Below are positions 1 through 9,956 of a stretch of 30,132 bases of DNA, piece by piece (the stretch's first letter is position 1; every line of letters starts with the position of its first letter). The position numbers were made by a program, and so were the translations under genes. The notes beneath the pieces are model-generated. The model had not been told where the DNA came from, ran no database searches, and was given only the letters and a program-made list of their open reading frames with translations. This DNA is from Bacteriovoracaceae bacterium. Lineage in GTDB: Bacteria; Bdellovibrionota; Bacteriovoracia; Bacteriovoracales; Bacteriovoracaceae. The stretch is taken from assembly GCA_018649885.1 (NCBI GenBank), contig JABIHA010000108.1, positions 62,001 through 92,132 of the forward strand, read 5' to 3'.

Positions 1-56
1 CATTTCAATCTGTTGTACGCTCCATTAACTTTAATGACAGGGGAGAATAGAAAACT

Positions 57-830
57 ATGACAGCCGGTATTACTAAAAAAATTCACGATACCGTTTTTAT
101 GATCGGAGAACTGGGTTACCTAGGCGTTGAAAGTATAAAGTGTTGTCTGACACGTCCTTTTTATTTCTCCAAGCTTATGGAGCAAATCAATTTACTCGGT
201 ATTGGCTCTCTTTCTATTACTATTGTAATAGGCCTTGTTATGGGGCTCGTAATGACCCTGCAGTTTGGTTTTGGCCTTGCTAAGTTCGGTGGAACGCTCT
301 ACGTACCCGGTGTTGTGGCGCTGTCTCTTACACGAGAGATGGCCCCCATATTTACCTCTTTATTAGTTGCTGGTCGTATTGGCTCAGGAATTACAGCTGA
401 GATCGGTTCAATGAATGTAACTCAGCAAGTGGATGCCATTAGAGCACTTGGAACTTCTCCTATTAGGGTTTTAGTTGTACCACGATTATTGGCTGCAATG
501 ATTTCACTCCCATTGTTAACTGCTGTATCAAATGTACTAGGAATATTAGGTGGTATGGTTATTTGCTCAGTTGAATTTCACATACCTCCTGGTTTTTACT
601 TCCAAAGAGTTTTTTCTACAGTAAAACTTCATGACTTTTCTAGTGGGCTACTAAAGACTGTTTTTTTTGCAACAGTTATAACTCTTGTTGCTTGCTACAA
701 AGGATTTAATACAACTGAAGGAACAAAGGGTGTGGGCCAATCAACTACCTGGGTAGTTGTTGTTAGCTCCATTTTAATATTAATTTCGGACTTTTTTCTA
801 AGTAAGATTTTCCTCTTACTATTAGTTTAA
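57..830 (+). CDS. mlaE: MlaE-family ABC transporter permease (lipid asymmetry maintenance)
   Basis: Multi-TM protein with family motifs REMAPIFTSLLVAGRIGSGITAEIGSM and QQVDAIRALGTSP..LVVPR. GGGAG RBS upstream. First gene of an E-F-D cluster. Confidence 0.92.
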   Translation: MTAGITKKIHDTVFMIGELGYLGVESIKCCLTRPFYFSKLMEQINLLGIGSLSITIVIGLVMGLVMTLQFGFGLAKFGGTLYVPGVVALSLTREMAPIFTSLLVAGRIGSGITAEIGSMNVTQQVDAIRALGTSPIRVLVVPRLLAAMISLPLLTAVSNVLGILGGMVICSVEFHIPPGFYFQRVFSTVKLHDFSSGLLKTVFFATVITLVACYKGFNTTEGTKGVGQSTTWVVVVSSILILISDFFLSKIFLLLLV

Positions 831-834
831 CGAT

Positions 835-1581
835 ATGGAAGAAAAAGCGCTGTTAGAATTAAAAAACATAGGTAAGTCATTCGACAAAAATGTCGTACAC
901 CTGGATATTAACCTCAAATTATACCAAAATGAAACACTCGGTTTGCTCGGTGGATCTGGAACGGGTAAGTCAGTTCTGCTTAGGGAAATTGTTGGCCTTG
1001 AGTATGTTGATCACGGTGAAGTTATCTATCACGATCAGCCCATCCAAAACCTTAAAGAAATAGATTTATTTAAAATACGAACAAAGATTTCCTACTCCTT
1101 CCAAAATGGAGCATTATTTGACTCTCAAAATGTCTTCGACAATTTGGCCTATCCACTTTTTGAGCACACAGATCTTAGCCTTGAAGAAATTTCAGCTAAA
1201 GTGGCTGAAATCCTAGGCCTAATTGGGCTTGAAGGTTCTGAAAAATTAATGCCCTCAGATCTATCTGGTGGAATGCAAAAACGAATTGGCATGGCTCGTG
1301 CAATTATTTTAGAGCCTGAAATAATTCTCTATGATGAACCGACAGCAGGGCTTGATCCATCAAATACTCAAAATATATTATCAGTAATGGAAAAGTTAAA
1401 AGGAACAGGTGTCTCGTCAATATTCGTAACTCACGATATTCCAGCGGCGCTTAAGATATGTGACAGGATTCTCATTTTATATGAGGGGAAAATTGCTTTT
1501 AGCGGTAGCCCCCGAGAATTTATTGATTCTGAAAATCCTATTGTTAAAGAATTTTTCTTAAATTCAATCAAGGAAGTGTAA
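835..1581 (+). CDS. mlaF: MlaF-family ABC transporter ATP-binding protein
   Basis: Walker A GGSGTGKS, FQNGALFDS, signature LSGGMQKR, Walker B ILYDEPTAGLDP, VTHD. Lies between mlaE and mlaD. Confidence 0.92.
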   Translation: MEEKALLELKNIGKSFDKNVVHLDINLKLYQNETLGLLGGSGTGKSVLLREIVGLEYVDHGEVIYHDQPIQNLKEIDLFKIRTKISYSFQNGALFDSQNVFDNLAYPLFEHTDLSLEEISAKVAEILGLIGLEGSEKLMPSDLSGGMQKRIGMARAIILEPEIILYDEPTAGLDPSNTQNILSVMEKLKGTGVSSIFVTHDIPAALKICDRILILYEGKIAFSGSPREFIDSENPIVKEFFLNSIKEV

Positions 1582-1582
1582 A

Positions 1583-2398
1583 ATGAGGTTAAGGCCCCAC
1601 GAAATCAAAAATACAATAAGGACAGGGGTGTTTATTACTGCCTCTGGCATTGTGGCAATGACCTTTATTTTTTTTCTTGGAAAAGAAAGTAAAATTTTCT
1701 CCAGTGTAAACATCTATAAATCACAAGTTAAAAATGCAGATAATTTAAAAATTGGAGCTGCCGTTCATCTTAAAGGTGTAAAAGTTGGTAGCGTTAGATC
1801 TATCGACTTTAAGAGTCTCAATGAAATTGAATTCAAATTTAGTGTCGATAAAAACTATTCTGAATGGGTAAGAAGAGATAGCGTCGTTTATATCAAAACC
1901 CAAGGAATGCTAGGAGATAAGTATCTTGAAATATCAGGTGGCTCTGATGTCACTTCTCCTGCAGACAATGGCGCTTTTTTAGAACCTGGAGGAGCTGCAG
2001 GAATTGGAAAGTTTATTAGCCAAGGCGAGGGCCTTGTTGGTCTAGCCAACCAAATTATGTCCAAAATCTCCACCCTCTTAGATGATATTAATGGTGATCA
2101 TCAAGTCAAAGATACCCTGATTAATTTGTCACAAACATCTGAAGGAATTAACGAATTTATAAAATCTCTTGATGCAAGAAAGATCACTCGTTCTTTAGAT
2201 AATTTAAATAAGGCAACTAGTAGGTTAGACAAAGTGGCCAAAAGAATTACCGAAGGACCAGGGACTGCTCATTCTTTTATCTATGATAGTTCGGTTTACA
2301 ATGACATAAGACAACTTCTTGGAGGGGCCCAAAGAAATAAAGTCCTAAAATACTTTATTAGAGAATCAATTAAAAAGTCACAAGAAGTAGAAAAATAA
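1583..2398 (+). CDS. mlaD: MlaD/MCE-domain protein with C-terminal helical extension
   Basis: N-terminal TM, MCE motifs LKIGAAVHLKGVKVGSV and IKTQGMLGDKYLEI, then a helical region. Confidence 0.88.
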   Translation: MRLRPHEIKNTIRTGVFITASGIVAMTFIFFLGKESKIFSSVNIYKSQVKNADNLKIGAAVHLKGVKVGSVRSIDFKSLNEIEFKFSVDKNYSEWVRRDSVVYIKTQGMLGDKYLEISGGSDVTSPADNGAFLEPGGAAGIGKFISQGEGLVGLANQIMSKISTLLDDINGDHQVKDTLINLSQTSEGINEFIKSLDARKITRSLDNLNKATSRLDKVAKRITEGPGTAHSFIYDSSVYNDIRQLLGGAQRNKVLKYFIRESIKKSQEVEK

Positions 2399-2411
2399 GA
2401 AATCACGGTTT

Positions 2412-3896
2412 CTAAAAAATTGATTTTTTCTTAATTTTTTCAATTAATGTTGTTCTATTTATACCAAGCAGTTTTGAAGCTTGATTTTTATTACCATTAG
2501 TTCGGCTCATTGCTTGCTTAATCAATGAGACTTCTAATTCGGTTAGTGTTTTCTTTAGATTAATTCCATCGTTCGGTAAACTAAATATACTCTGATGTTG
2601 GTCCACAGAGCTAGGATTCATCCGAAAAATTTTAGCAGGCAAATCTTCGGGGTTGATAACAGTTCCCCCTCGGAGAATCACAAATCGCTCCACCAAATTT
2701 TCAAGCTCTCTCACGTTTCCAGGCCAATCATATGACATCAAAAGCTCAAGAGTTTCCGGCACAAATTCAATTTGATTACTTCCATCCGCACTAACAAATC
2801 GGGATAAAAAGTAAGAAATCAAAAGGGGAATATCCTCTCTTCTATCTTTTAATGCGGGTACTTTAATTGGTATTACATTTAACCTGTAAAATAAATCTTC
2901 TCTAAACCTTCCTTGCTCAGCAAGCTTCTCTAAATCCCTATGAGTGGCAGCAACTATTCTGGTATCAATTTTAAGGGGCTCAGAACTTCCTACTGGCTCT
3001 ATTTCTCTATTTTGCAGAACCCTCAAAAGCTTTACTTGTAACATCAAGGGCATGTCTCCTATTTCATCAAGAAATATGCTCCCACCATTTGCTAGCTCAA
3101 ACCGACCACTTCTATTGGAAATGGCTCCAGTAAATGAACCTTTGATATGACCAAAGAGCTCACTCTCTAACAAGTCTTTCGGAATTGAGCCACAATTCAC
3201 CGAAACAAAGCGGTTACCACTTCTATCTGATAGCCCATGAATTGCCTCAGCAACAAGCTCTTTTCCTGTACCAGAAGGTCCAGTTATTAATATGGTAGAG
3301 TCAGATAGGGCAACCTTTTTAATTCTTTCAAAAACATCTTTAATAATATCTGAGCGACCAATCATTCCACAAAAAAAATCATTTGGTCCTGGAGGATCCG
3401 GCAGCTTTCCTCGGGCCACCGCTTTTCTTTTTGGAGTAGATGCTCCAGCAAATTCTTCGAGTGCCTGAGTAACTAAGTTGTATAAATTCTCCAACTCAAA
3501 AGGTTTTGTTAAATAGTGATAAACACCTCTTTTAGTTGCGCTTATAGCATTTTCAATAGAAGCAAAGCCTGTGATGACTAAGCTTACAAAGTTAAAGCCC
3601 CTTTCTTTAAACATATCTATGAGAAGTAGCCCATCAGGTCCCTGCTCAAAGCTGATATCTGTAATCAAACAAAATTTTTCAGAGGTAATGGAGTGGCTTA
3701 AATTACTTAAACATTCATTAGAATTTAAATAGTGAGTAACTTTTCTTGAGAATTTTCTCTCTAAAAATTTTTGAATTGTTTTACCAAGGATCTTGTCATC
3801 TTCTACTAAGATAATAGGAACCTGACTGATTCCATTGTTTTTTGTTTCGAAATTTGTGTGTAAGTAATTTAAATCGTCCAAAGTGATGTCCTCCAC
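2412..3896 (-). CDS. Sigma54-dependent transcriptional response regulator (NtrC/AtoC/FlgR type; REC-AAA+-Fis HTH)
   Basis: Receiver residues (VEDD, ITD, TG, KPF); AAA+ motifs GPSGTGKE, ESELFGHIKGSFTGA, FLDEIGD, FREDLFYRLNV, WPGNVRELEN; Fis HTH NKNQASKLLGINRTTL. The true start may be TTG at 3881, which follows GGAGG. Confidence 0.93.
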   Translation of the reverse strand: MEDITLDDLNYLHTNFETKNNGISQVPIILVEDDKILGKTIQKFLERKFSRKVTHYLNSNECLSNLSHSITSEKFCLITDISFEQGPDGLLLIDMFKERGFNFVSLVITGFASIENAISATKRGVYHYLTKPFELENLYNLVTQALEEFAGASTPKRKAVARGKLPDPPGPNDFFCGMIGRSDIIKDVFERIKKVALSDSTILITGPSGTGKELVAEAIHGLSDRSGNRFVSVNCGSIPKDLLESELFGHIKGSFTGAISNRSGRFELANGGSIFLDEIGDMPLMLQVKLLRVLQNREIEPVGSSEPLKIDTRIVAATHRDLEKLAEQGRFREDLFYRLNVIPIKVPALKDRREDIPLLISYFLSRFVSADGSNQIEFVPETLELLMSYDWPGNVRELENLVERFVILRGGTVINPEDLPAKIFRMNPSSVDQHQSIFSLPNDGINLKKTLTELEVSLIKQAMSRTNGNKNQASKLLGINRTTLIEKIKKKSIF

Positions 3897-3940
3897 CTAA
3901 AACGGCACGGTATAGAAAGGCTAGCAAGTAGGTTGCAGCT

Positions 3941-3958
3941 GTGTCAAATTTCAGACAC
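3941..3958. promoter_or_regulatory. Dyad GTGTC-N8-GACAC, putative enhancer-binding-protein site upstream of the sigma54 regulator
   Basis: gtgtc-aaatttca-gacac, a 5-bp inverted repeat with an AT-rich spacer about 45 bp upstream of the gene. Confidence 0.4.
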
Positions 3959-4000
3959 CCCTACCATTTTTCCTAGTGCAATAGAATATCGAGAAGTTAG

Positions 4001-4228
4001 CTAAAAGGTGTGCTTGATTATGAACCCCACTGCGGCTTCAGGTCCACCTGCCCAGTAATAGAAAACGAGACAAAGAAAACTCCAACTAGCAATGCCTACA
4101 AAGCACGCATAGACCGCTTTTCTGCCCTTTAACCAGTAGAGATAAGTAAACTCAACACATATAAATATGGCTGGAATCGCCCAAAAAGGTGTATGTCGAA
4201 TGAGGAAATAAAAAAAATCCATTACCAA
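4001..4228 (-). CDS. Small two-TM membrane protein, hypothetical
   Basis: 75-aa aromatic and hydrophobic ORF that fills the gap, co-oriented with its neighbours. ATG at 4222 is a possible start. Confidence 0.7.
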   Translation of the reverse strand: MVMDFFYFLIRHTPFWAIPAIFICVEFTYLYWLKGRKAVYACFVGIASWSFLCLVFYYWAGGPEAAVGFIIKHTF

Positions 4229-4263
4229 ATTATAAATTCAAAACATGATTAATAAAAATGAAA

Positions 4264-4677
4264 TCAACTGGGTATTTCGTCCTTACTTGACTCTTCTGCT
4301 TCGTCTTTACTTGACTCTTTCACTCCCGTATCTTTATTTTTTAATGAACTGGGAATAATATCAATCCCCATTTTCTGTCCTAACTTTACTACCAGTGGAA
4401 AGGTAATAGGTGCAAATGGCAATATGAGTAAGGCACCCAGTCCTAGGGACTTTAATATGTCACCAAATTGTTCATTGGCCTTTTTCATATCATCATTTGA
4501 GGCCAATCCTTGGGAGTATTGAAAATAGATAGCTATCATCTCTTTGGTTTCTATAGTCTCTTTGGAGAGAACTGATTTTAACCTTGAAAGGATTGATTCA
4601 AGATAATCTTTGAAGGCGCCACTTCTTTTTGAAAGCTTTAAAAGAAGATCAAGAAATGTCATTTTTATTTTTTTCAT
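4264..4677 (-). CDS. Hypothetical protein, LETM1-like membrane hairpin
   Basis: ANEQFGDILKSLGLGALLILPFAPITFPLVV..IDIIPSS resembles the Pro-rich TM segment of LETM1-family proteins. Duplicated acidic tail. The start is uncertain because it abuts the metK terminator. Confidence 0.6.
   Translation of the reverse strand: MKKIKMTFLDLLLKLSKRSGAFKDYLESILSRLKSVLSKETIETKEMIAIYFQYSQGLASNDDMKKANEQFGDILKSLGLGALLILPFAPITFPLVVKLGQKMGIDIIPSSLKNKDTGVKESSKDEAEESSKDEIPS
4276..4319. repeat. Direct repeat (20 bp, 24-bp period) encoding ESSKDE twice
   Basis: ttcgtccttacttgactctt (4276-4295) and ttcgtctttacttgactctt (4300-4319), 19/20 identical. Confidence 0.8.
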
Positions 4678-4682
4678 TTCTT

Positions 4683-4711
4683 AAAAAAAAAGCGGCACAC
4701 TAGGTACCGCT
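4683..4711 (-). terminator. Rho-independent terminator of metK
   Basis: Minus strand AGCGGTAC-ctagt-GTGCCGCT stem (one G-U pair) followed by a T run, 27 nt after the metK stop. Confidence 0.8.
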
Positions 4712-4738
4712 GTCCAATTGTATTTAAAATGTTTTCAA

Positions 4739-5905
4739 TTAAAAGTGAGATTTTAATTCCTCAAGGCAATCTAGTTTTTCCCAAGAAAAACTTCCTGCAT
4801 TACTTTCTCTACCGAAGTGCCCATAGGCAGCTGTTGGCGAATAAATTGGTCTAAGAAGATCTAATCTTTCAATTATTGATCTTGGCCTCATATCAAAAAC
4901 TTCTCTAACTGCTTTGTTGATTTTTTCAGGATCTACTTTGTGAGTACCCATTGTTTCAACTAAGAAGCTCATAGGCTCAGCAACACCAATAGCATAAGCA
5001 ACTTGCACGAGAGCTCTTTCTGCCAAACCTGCTGCTATAATATGCTTGGCCACGTGTCTAGCAGCATAGGCTGCTGAACGGTCAACCTTTGAAGGATCTT
5101 TTCCAGAGAAGGCTCCACCACCGTGAGCACCATGGCCACCGTAAGTATCAACAATAATTTTTCTACCAGTTAACCCACAATCACCCATTGGGCCACCAAC
5201 AACAAATCTTCCAGTAGGGTTAACCCAAATCTTTGTATCTGCTGTCATTAGGTTTTCAGGAACAATTTTTTTAATAACTTCTTCTCTAATTCCTTCTTCA
5301 ACGTCTTTTAAATTCATTTCCTCAGCATGCTGAGTGGAAAGAACGATATTTTTGATTGCTTTAACATGACCGTCTTCATAAATGGCTGATACTTGTGTTT
5401 TTCCATCAGCTCTAAGGAGGGGAAGAGTTCCATTTTTTCTGACCTCAGATAATTTTTTAGCTAGTCTGTGAGAAAGATCAATTGTGAGAGGCATTTTTGA
5501 ATCTGTCTCATTACAAGCATAACCAAACATTAGCCCTTGGTCCCCTGCACCTTGCTCTGTGTAAGTCCCATCATTTTCGTTCACCCCTTGAGCAATATCA
5601 GAAGATTGCTTATCAAGTGAAACTAAAACACCACAAGTATGGCCATCAAAGCCTTTGCTTGAATGGTCATAACCAATATCATTAATTTTACCTCGTATAA
5701 TGCCTTGGAAATCCACATTGGCATTAGAGCTTATTTCTCCAGCAACGCATACAAAGCCAGTCGTTATCATAGTCTCACAAGCTACCCGTGAATTACGATC
5801 TTGCTCAAGCATAGCATCTAGAACAGCATCGCTGATCTGATCTGCCATTTTATCCGGATGACCTTCGGTTACTGATTCAGATGTAAATATGCAATTTTTT
5901 AACAT
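4739..5905 (-). CDS. metK: S-adenosylmethionine synthetase
   Basis: [64 protein letters not shown]. Confidence 0.98.
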   Translation of the reverse strand: MLKNCIFTSESVTEGHPDKMADQISDAVLDAMLEQDRNSRVACETMITTGFVCVAGEISSNANVDFQGIIRGKINDIGYDHSSKGFDGHTCGVLVSLDKQSSDIAQGVNENDGTYTEQGAGDQGLMFGYACNETDSKMPLTIDLSHRLAKKLSEVRKNGTLPLLRADGKTQVSAIYEDGHVKAIKNIVLSTQHAEEMNLKDVEEGIREEVIKKIVPENLMTADTKIWVNPTGRFVVGGPMGDCGLTGRKIIVDTYGGHGAHGGGAFSGKDPSKVDRSAAYAARHVAKHIIAAGLAERALVQVAYAIGVAEPMSFLVETMGTHKVDPEKINKAVREVFDMRPRSIIERLDLLRPIYSPTAAYGHFGRESNAGSFSWEKLDCLEELKSHF

Positions 5906-5942
5906 TTTCTGCCCCTATTTCGCACAATTTTGTAAACACAAT

Positions 5943-5972
5943 CTTATACTATGAACCTTACAGCGGCGTCAA
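5943..5972 (-). promoter_or_regulatory. Putative sigma70 promoter of metK
   Basis: Minus strand TTGACG-N18-TATAAG about 40 bp upstream of the ATG. Confidence 0.5.
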
Positions 5973-6004
5973 AGGCCATTTGAGTGACTTTGATATACTG
6001 GCCA

Positions 6005-7690
6005 CTATTTTCGAGGTGCAAAATAAGTGAAGAGATGGGGATTTCGGTAGCTATAAAAAACCTCATGGCCTAGCTCCTTTCCTCTCAGAACCAACTTTTT
6101 ACCCAGCTCGAGCACATCATATGCCTTCTTGTTATCATCTATAAATGTATACAAGTACTTAAGTGATCCTTTTTGGTAAAGCCTGTGGTAGTGCTTCTGT
6201 GACCTTAGTGGTCCACCCGCTCTTTCTGGGAGCGCGTTAAAACCTTCCCACAGTGAGGCCATGTCAATTCGTCCACGCATGGAGGCACGAGAAAAATATC
6301 TTAGCCCTTCAAAATGACCATTGCTACCTGCTAGAGCATCTAATGAAATCTTTAGATTCTCCCTTCTTAGAAAACGACCCCTGCGGCTCAAATCTGGGCA
6401 ATAAGTCCGAACCGAGGCCTGAATGAAATAATAGGTGAAAGAAAATTCTCCTTCTTTAAAAAGTACCGATAGCCACTTATCTTTATCAATTAAAGCTGAG
6501 CTGAGTGGAGCTAGATATTCTCTCAAAGGTTCAGATTTTTTAAGCTGGTTATATGAGGGATCTTTCAGACGATTGATCACGACTTTAGCTACATCTCTTC
6601 TTTCAAGACCAGCCTGTCCATCAATTCCACCAACTTCATTGTACAAAATTGTCTCTAGCACAAATAAGGCCTTAAAAAGATCTTTTTGGGAATTCCAAAA
6701 TTTAAATACGTCGGAGTTCTTTTTGAGAGTAAAATTTAAGAGTTGATACCTTGTTTGAGTTAGAAGTTTTAAAAATTTATCTGAAACTTCTTTTTTGTAT
6801 TCAAAATCATTTAAGAGACCATTGTAAAATGAAATAGCCTTTGTGACTTTCTTTTTCCAAGCTTTAAGACGACTTCTCTGAACATTTTTACCTCTTCGAA
6901 GTTGCCTTTCAATCCCACTAATTACGTACTTGGTATCGACTCTGATATTTTCAGTGATAATGGCTTTTGCATTTTTTAAGGAAAGTGCAAGTGTATTAAT
7001 CGCAGTTCTTAAGTAGACGTCTGAATGAGTTTGATCAGTATCAGAAGCTCCATCTTCATATGCTGTTCTGGCAAAATAAATTTTATTAGATTTCATTTTA
7101 TTTAAATTGCCTGATAATTTCTTTGATTCATCATATCTTTTCCTATATTCAAGATGATCCACAGGAAACCCAAAACCTTTTAGGAATGGAGTGCTAGCTA
7201 GTAGATCACCCAGTAAGTCTGCAAGCTCAATAATCTTGCGCGCAGATCTATCGTGCATACTTTTTTTCCCGCTAGCTACACGGAAATAATTTTTCTTATA
7301 ATCGAGAAGTTTACTGATTACCCTTTTGATTTTTTTGATGATTTTTTTAGATTTTCTTGGATTCCAAGAGTTTTTAAGCCCATTAATTTGCCCGTCAATA
7401 AAAAGCTTCTTATTTTCGATTAATCTAATGCTGGCCCTTATGGATTTGGTATCAAGGGTGTCATTTTCAAGTAGTGGGATAAAAAAACCAGCTGCCTTAT
7501 AGTTTCGAAACAATTTACCATGCTTGTGATCATCAGATTTTCCACATAATTTCCTTGTGAATTTTTGATGGATTTTTAAATACTTTTTAATAACACGATG
7601 CCGTTTACCGGACCACTTAATAACAGCACTAGAAAATGAATTTTCAATTGGCAGTAAGCAAAGGATCAAAAACATTGAAACTATCTTCAT
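6005..7690 (-). CDS. Secreted basic protein with C-terminal SleB/CwlJ-like (cell wall hydrolase 2) domain
   Basis: N-terminal signal peptide, K/R-rich helical region, then LETILYNEVGG..ERRDVAKVVINRL..SVLFKEGEFSF..GLRYF. Start overlaps the mpl stop (ATGA). The gene call is secure and the domain call is by eye. Confidence 0.65.
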   Translation of the reverse strand: MKIVSMFLILCLLPIENSFSSAVIKWSGKRHRVIKKYLKIHQKFTRKLCGKSDDHKHGKLFRNYKAAGFFIPLLENDTLDTKSIRASIRLIENKKLFIDGQINGLKNSWNPRKSKKIIKKIKRVISKLLDYKKNYFRVASGKKSMHDRSARKIIELADLLGDLLASTPFLKGFGFPVDHLEYRKRYDESKKLSGNLNKMKSNKIYFARTAYEDGASDTDQTHSDVYLRTAINTLALSLKNAKAIITENIRVDTKYVISGIERQLRRGKNVQRSRLKAWKKKVTKAISFYNGLLNDFEYKKEVSDKFLKLLTQTRYQLLNFTLKKNSDVFKFWNSQKDLFKALFVLETILYNEVGGIDGQAGLERRDVAKVVINRLKDPSYNQLKKSEPLREYLAPLSSALIDKDKWLSVLFKEGEFSFTYYFIQASVRTYCPDLSRRGRFLRRENLKISLDALAGSNGHFEGLRYFSRASMRGRIDMASLWEGFNALPERAGGPLRSQKHYHRLYQKGSLKYLYTFIDDNKKAYDVLELGKKLVLRGKELGHEVFYSYRNPHLFTYFAPRK

Positions 7691-9135
7691 CCAATAATTC
7701 TTTTCATAAATTCACTATTCCACAGTCCCATGCAAGTGTTATTGCTCATTACCAAAAGGACACTCTCATCACCGGCCTGTCTTTCAATCCACTGGGTGAT
7801 TCCATCTAAGTGGTTTTCAGATCCAACTTCAATACCGCTGTATTTTCTAATTTCATCCACCAATAAATGGGTGTCGAGGTTGTTAACCCCTTCAACGGTA
7901 GTCTTGCTTCCAGGCTCTACGATAAGTAAGCGCGCGCACTTACCGAAGACTTCAATATATTTTTTTTGAAATAATTCACTCCTTGAAGTGGCAGACATAG
8001 GCTCAAAAACGGCCAATATTTTTTTACCTGGATATTGAGAGCTGATTGCATCAATTGTAACTTTGACAGCAGTAGGGTGGTGGGCAAAATCATCAATAAT
8101 GGGCATCCCTTTAAAATTTCCAATTAACTCCTGCCTTCTTTTTGCAAGTACCAATTTTTCAACAGCAGGAGATAATTCACTGTAAGAAATTCCATTTCTC
8201 AGAGCATAGACAATAGCTGAACAAAGGTTTTCGATATTGTGTTTTCCCACAAGACTAGTATTAAATTTTAATTCTTCTCCTTCCCAGTTGATGAAAAAAC
8301 TCGACCCACAATTTGAAGTTGAAACCGATTTAGGCCCTAAACTGCTGGTATCTCCATAGGAATAGGTATTTTTATTTTCTAAGTGCTTTGAGGCAATTTT
8401 TGTTATGCTGGGATAGTCTGAGTTTCCAACAAATACCCCATCAATTTGAGGTAATACAAACTCAAATTCTTTTTCAATATCTTCAAGAGAATTAAAAATA
8501 TCTGCATGATCAAACTCAAGTGAAGTCAAAATCATGGAGTTTAGCTCATATAATCTAAATTTTGAGAATTTATGAAAATAGGCACTATCGTATTCATCTG
8601 CTTCGATAAAAAAGGGAGCACCACCCTCAGACAGTCTTGCGGGAGCTCTTCCATCCAAGATAGCTCCAATAAAATACCCTGGCGTAAGACCTATATTTTC
8701 ATAAATTTGGGCCAAAAAATAAGTTGTTGTCGTTTTTCCGTGAGTACCACAAACTCCAACTACATTTTCGGCATTTAAAACAAATGCTCCTAAAACTGCA
8801 GGAAAAGAGCTAAATGCTACACCTGAGCGTTCTATAATTCTGGCATGTTCGCTCAACCGATGAACAGCATTCCCCACAACAATCAAGTCAAAACCTTTAA
8901 GAGATTCAGGATCAAAATCTTCGAAAAGACATGTTTTTATTCCAGCTTCACTTAGATAAGTGCTCATTGGTGGGTAGAAGTTAAAATCAACCCCTTCAAT
9001 TTCGTGCCCCATCGCTCTTAAAAGTGATGCACAAGCTCCCATTCCTGTTCCGCAAATTCTATAGAAAAAAATTCGACATTTTTTTTTGCTTAAAGCAATT
9101 ACCTCATCCTTTGAGGCCATATTTTTTAAATCCAT
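7687..9135 (-). CDS. mpl: Murein peptide ligase (UDP-MurNAc:L-Ala-gamma-D-Glu-mDAP ligase)
   Basis: ICGTGMG, GTHGKTTTT, EADEYDSAYFHKFSKF, LEFDHADIF, DDFAHHPTAV, VMSN. These are Mpl-type rather than MurC-type motifs. Confidence 0.85.
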   Translation of the reverse strand: MDLKNMASKDEVIALSKKKCRIFFYRICGTGMGACASLLRAMGHEIEGVDFNFYPPMSTYLSEAGIKTCLFEDFDPESLKGFDLIVVGNAVHRLSEHARIIERSGVAFSSFPAVLGAFVLNAENVVGVCGTHGKTTTTYFLAQIYENIGLTPGYFIGAILDGRAPARLSEGGAPFFIEADEYDSAYFHKFSKFRLYELNSMILTSLEFDHADIFNSLEDIEKEFEFVLPQIDGVFVGNSDYPSITKIASKHLENKNTYSYGDTSSLGPKSVSTSNCGSSFFINWEGEELKFNTSLVGKHNIENLCSAIVYALRNGISYSELSPAVEKLVLAKRRQELIGNFKGMPIIDDFAHHPTAVKVTIDAISSQYPGKKILAVFEPMSATSRSELFQKKYIEVFGKCARLLIVEPGSKTTVEGVNNLDTHLLVDEIRKYSGIEVGSENHLDGITQWIERQAGDESVLLVMSNNTCMGLWNSEFMKRIIG

Positions 9136-9139
9136 GGTA

Positions 9140-9955
9140 TTAACCTAATTTTTGTTTTAGCTCATTTGAAGTTTTGCGATCGAAATTCTGAGATTGGTAA
9201 ATATACAATTTAACCATTGTTCGGTAGATGGCCTCTTGCATAGCTAATACAAATCCAAGTTTTCCCTCTTTAAAACTTTTAAAAAATATTTGAAGAAATG
9301 TTCCTATAAAACTGATGAAAACAGTTAAACCTCCAACCTTTCTTCCTCTAGACATTTTCTCATTGGCAATTAAAACTGTAAATCTTGGAAATTTTGTTAG
9401 CCAATCATCCATGCCATAGTCTTCATCATGCTTGATCCGAAAACAGCGAGGGAAATTTTCAACTCCAGGAGAATCAGGCGTTACCAGTTCTCCATCAATT
9501 GTATGGTTGTGGTGAACTCCTCCCGTATATCTAACTCGAGACTTTAAAAATAACCTCTCCTGATAATCACTTTTTCCAAAACCTGTTTCAAGTGCTGTAC
9601 CCAGGTAATACTCAGTTCTCATTATACGGTACATAGGAGCTGGACTTTCAAGAGATACAATTCTATCAATTTCAATCTTTGTATCTGAGCAAAGCTCTTC
9701 ATCACTATCAATCATAAAGCACCAGTCATGCGATGCCTTTGAAATGGAAAAATTCCTTTGCTCTATAAATCCAGGCCATGGATTCTCATAGAAAACAGCA
9801 TTTGGGTATTCACCCACAATTTTCTTTGTTCCGTCGATACTCCCTCCATCAACTACTACGATTTCATCGAAACCTTTAATTGACTCGAGAGTTCTTCTAA
9901 TACTGTTTTCGTTATTTTGAGTTAACAGAAGAACTGATATTTTGGGATTACTCAT
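9140..9955 (-). CDS. Glycosyltransferase family 2 (WaaE/KdtX-like LPS glucosyltransferase)
   Basis: ISVLLLTQNNE, EIVVVDGGSIDGT, WPGFIEQRNF, DWCFMIDSDEE, ERLF, GGVHH. Start set at ATG 9955 (GGAG RBS) rather than 9976. Confidence 0.88.
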   Translation of the reverse strand: MSNPKISVLLLTQNNENSIRRTLESIKGFDEIVVVDGGSIDGTKKIVGEYPNAVFYENPWPGFIEQRNFSISKASHDWCFMIDSDEELCSDTKIEIDRIVSLESPAPMYRIMRTEYYLGTALETGFGKSDYQERLFLKSRVRYTGGVHHNHTIDGELVTPDSPGVENFPRCFRIKHDEDYGMDDWLTKFPRFTVLIANEKMSRGRKVGGLTVFISFIGTFLQIFFKSFKEGKLGFVLAMQEAIYRTMVKLYIYQSQNFDRKTSNELKQKLG

Positions 9956-9956
9956 T

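Noticed and set aside
5906..6004. SAM riboswitch upstream of metK
   Set aside because: The putative promoter leaves only about 30 nt of leader, and no SAM-I/II core motifs are visible.
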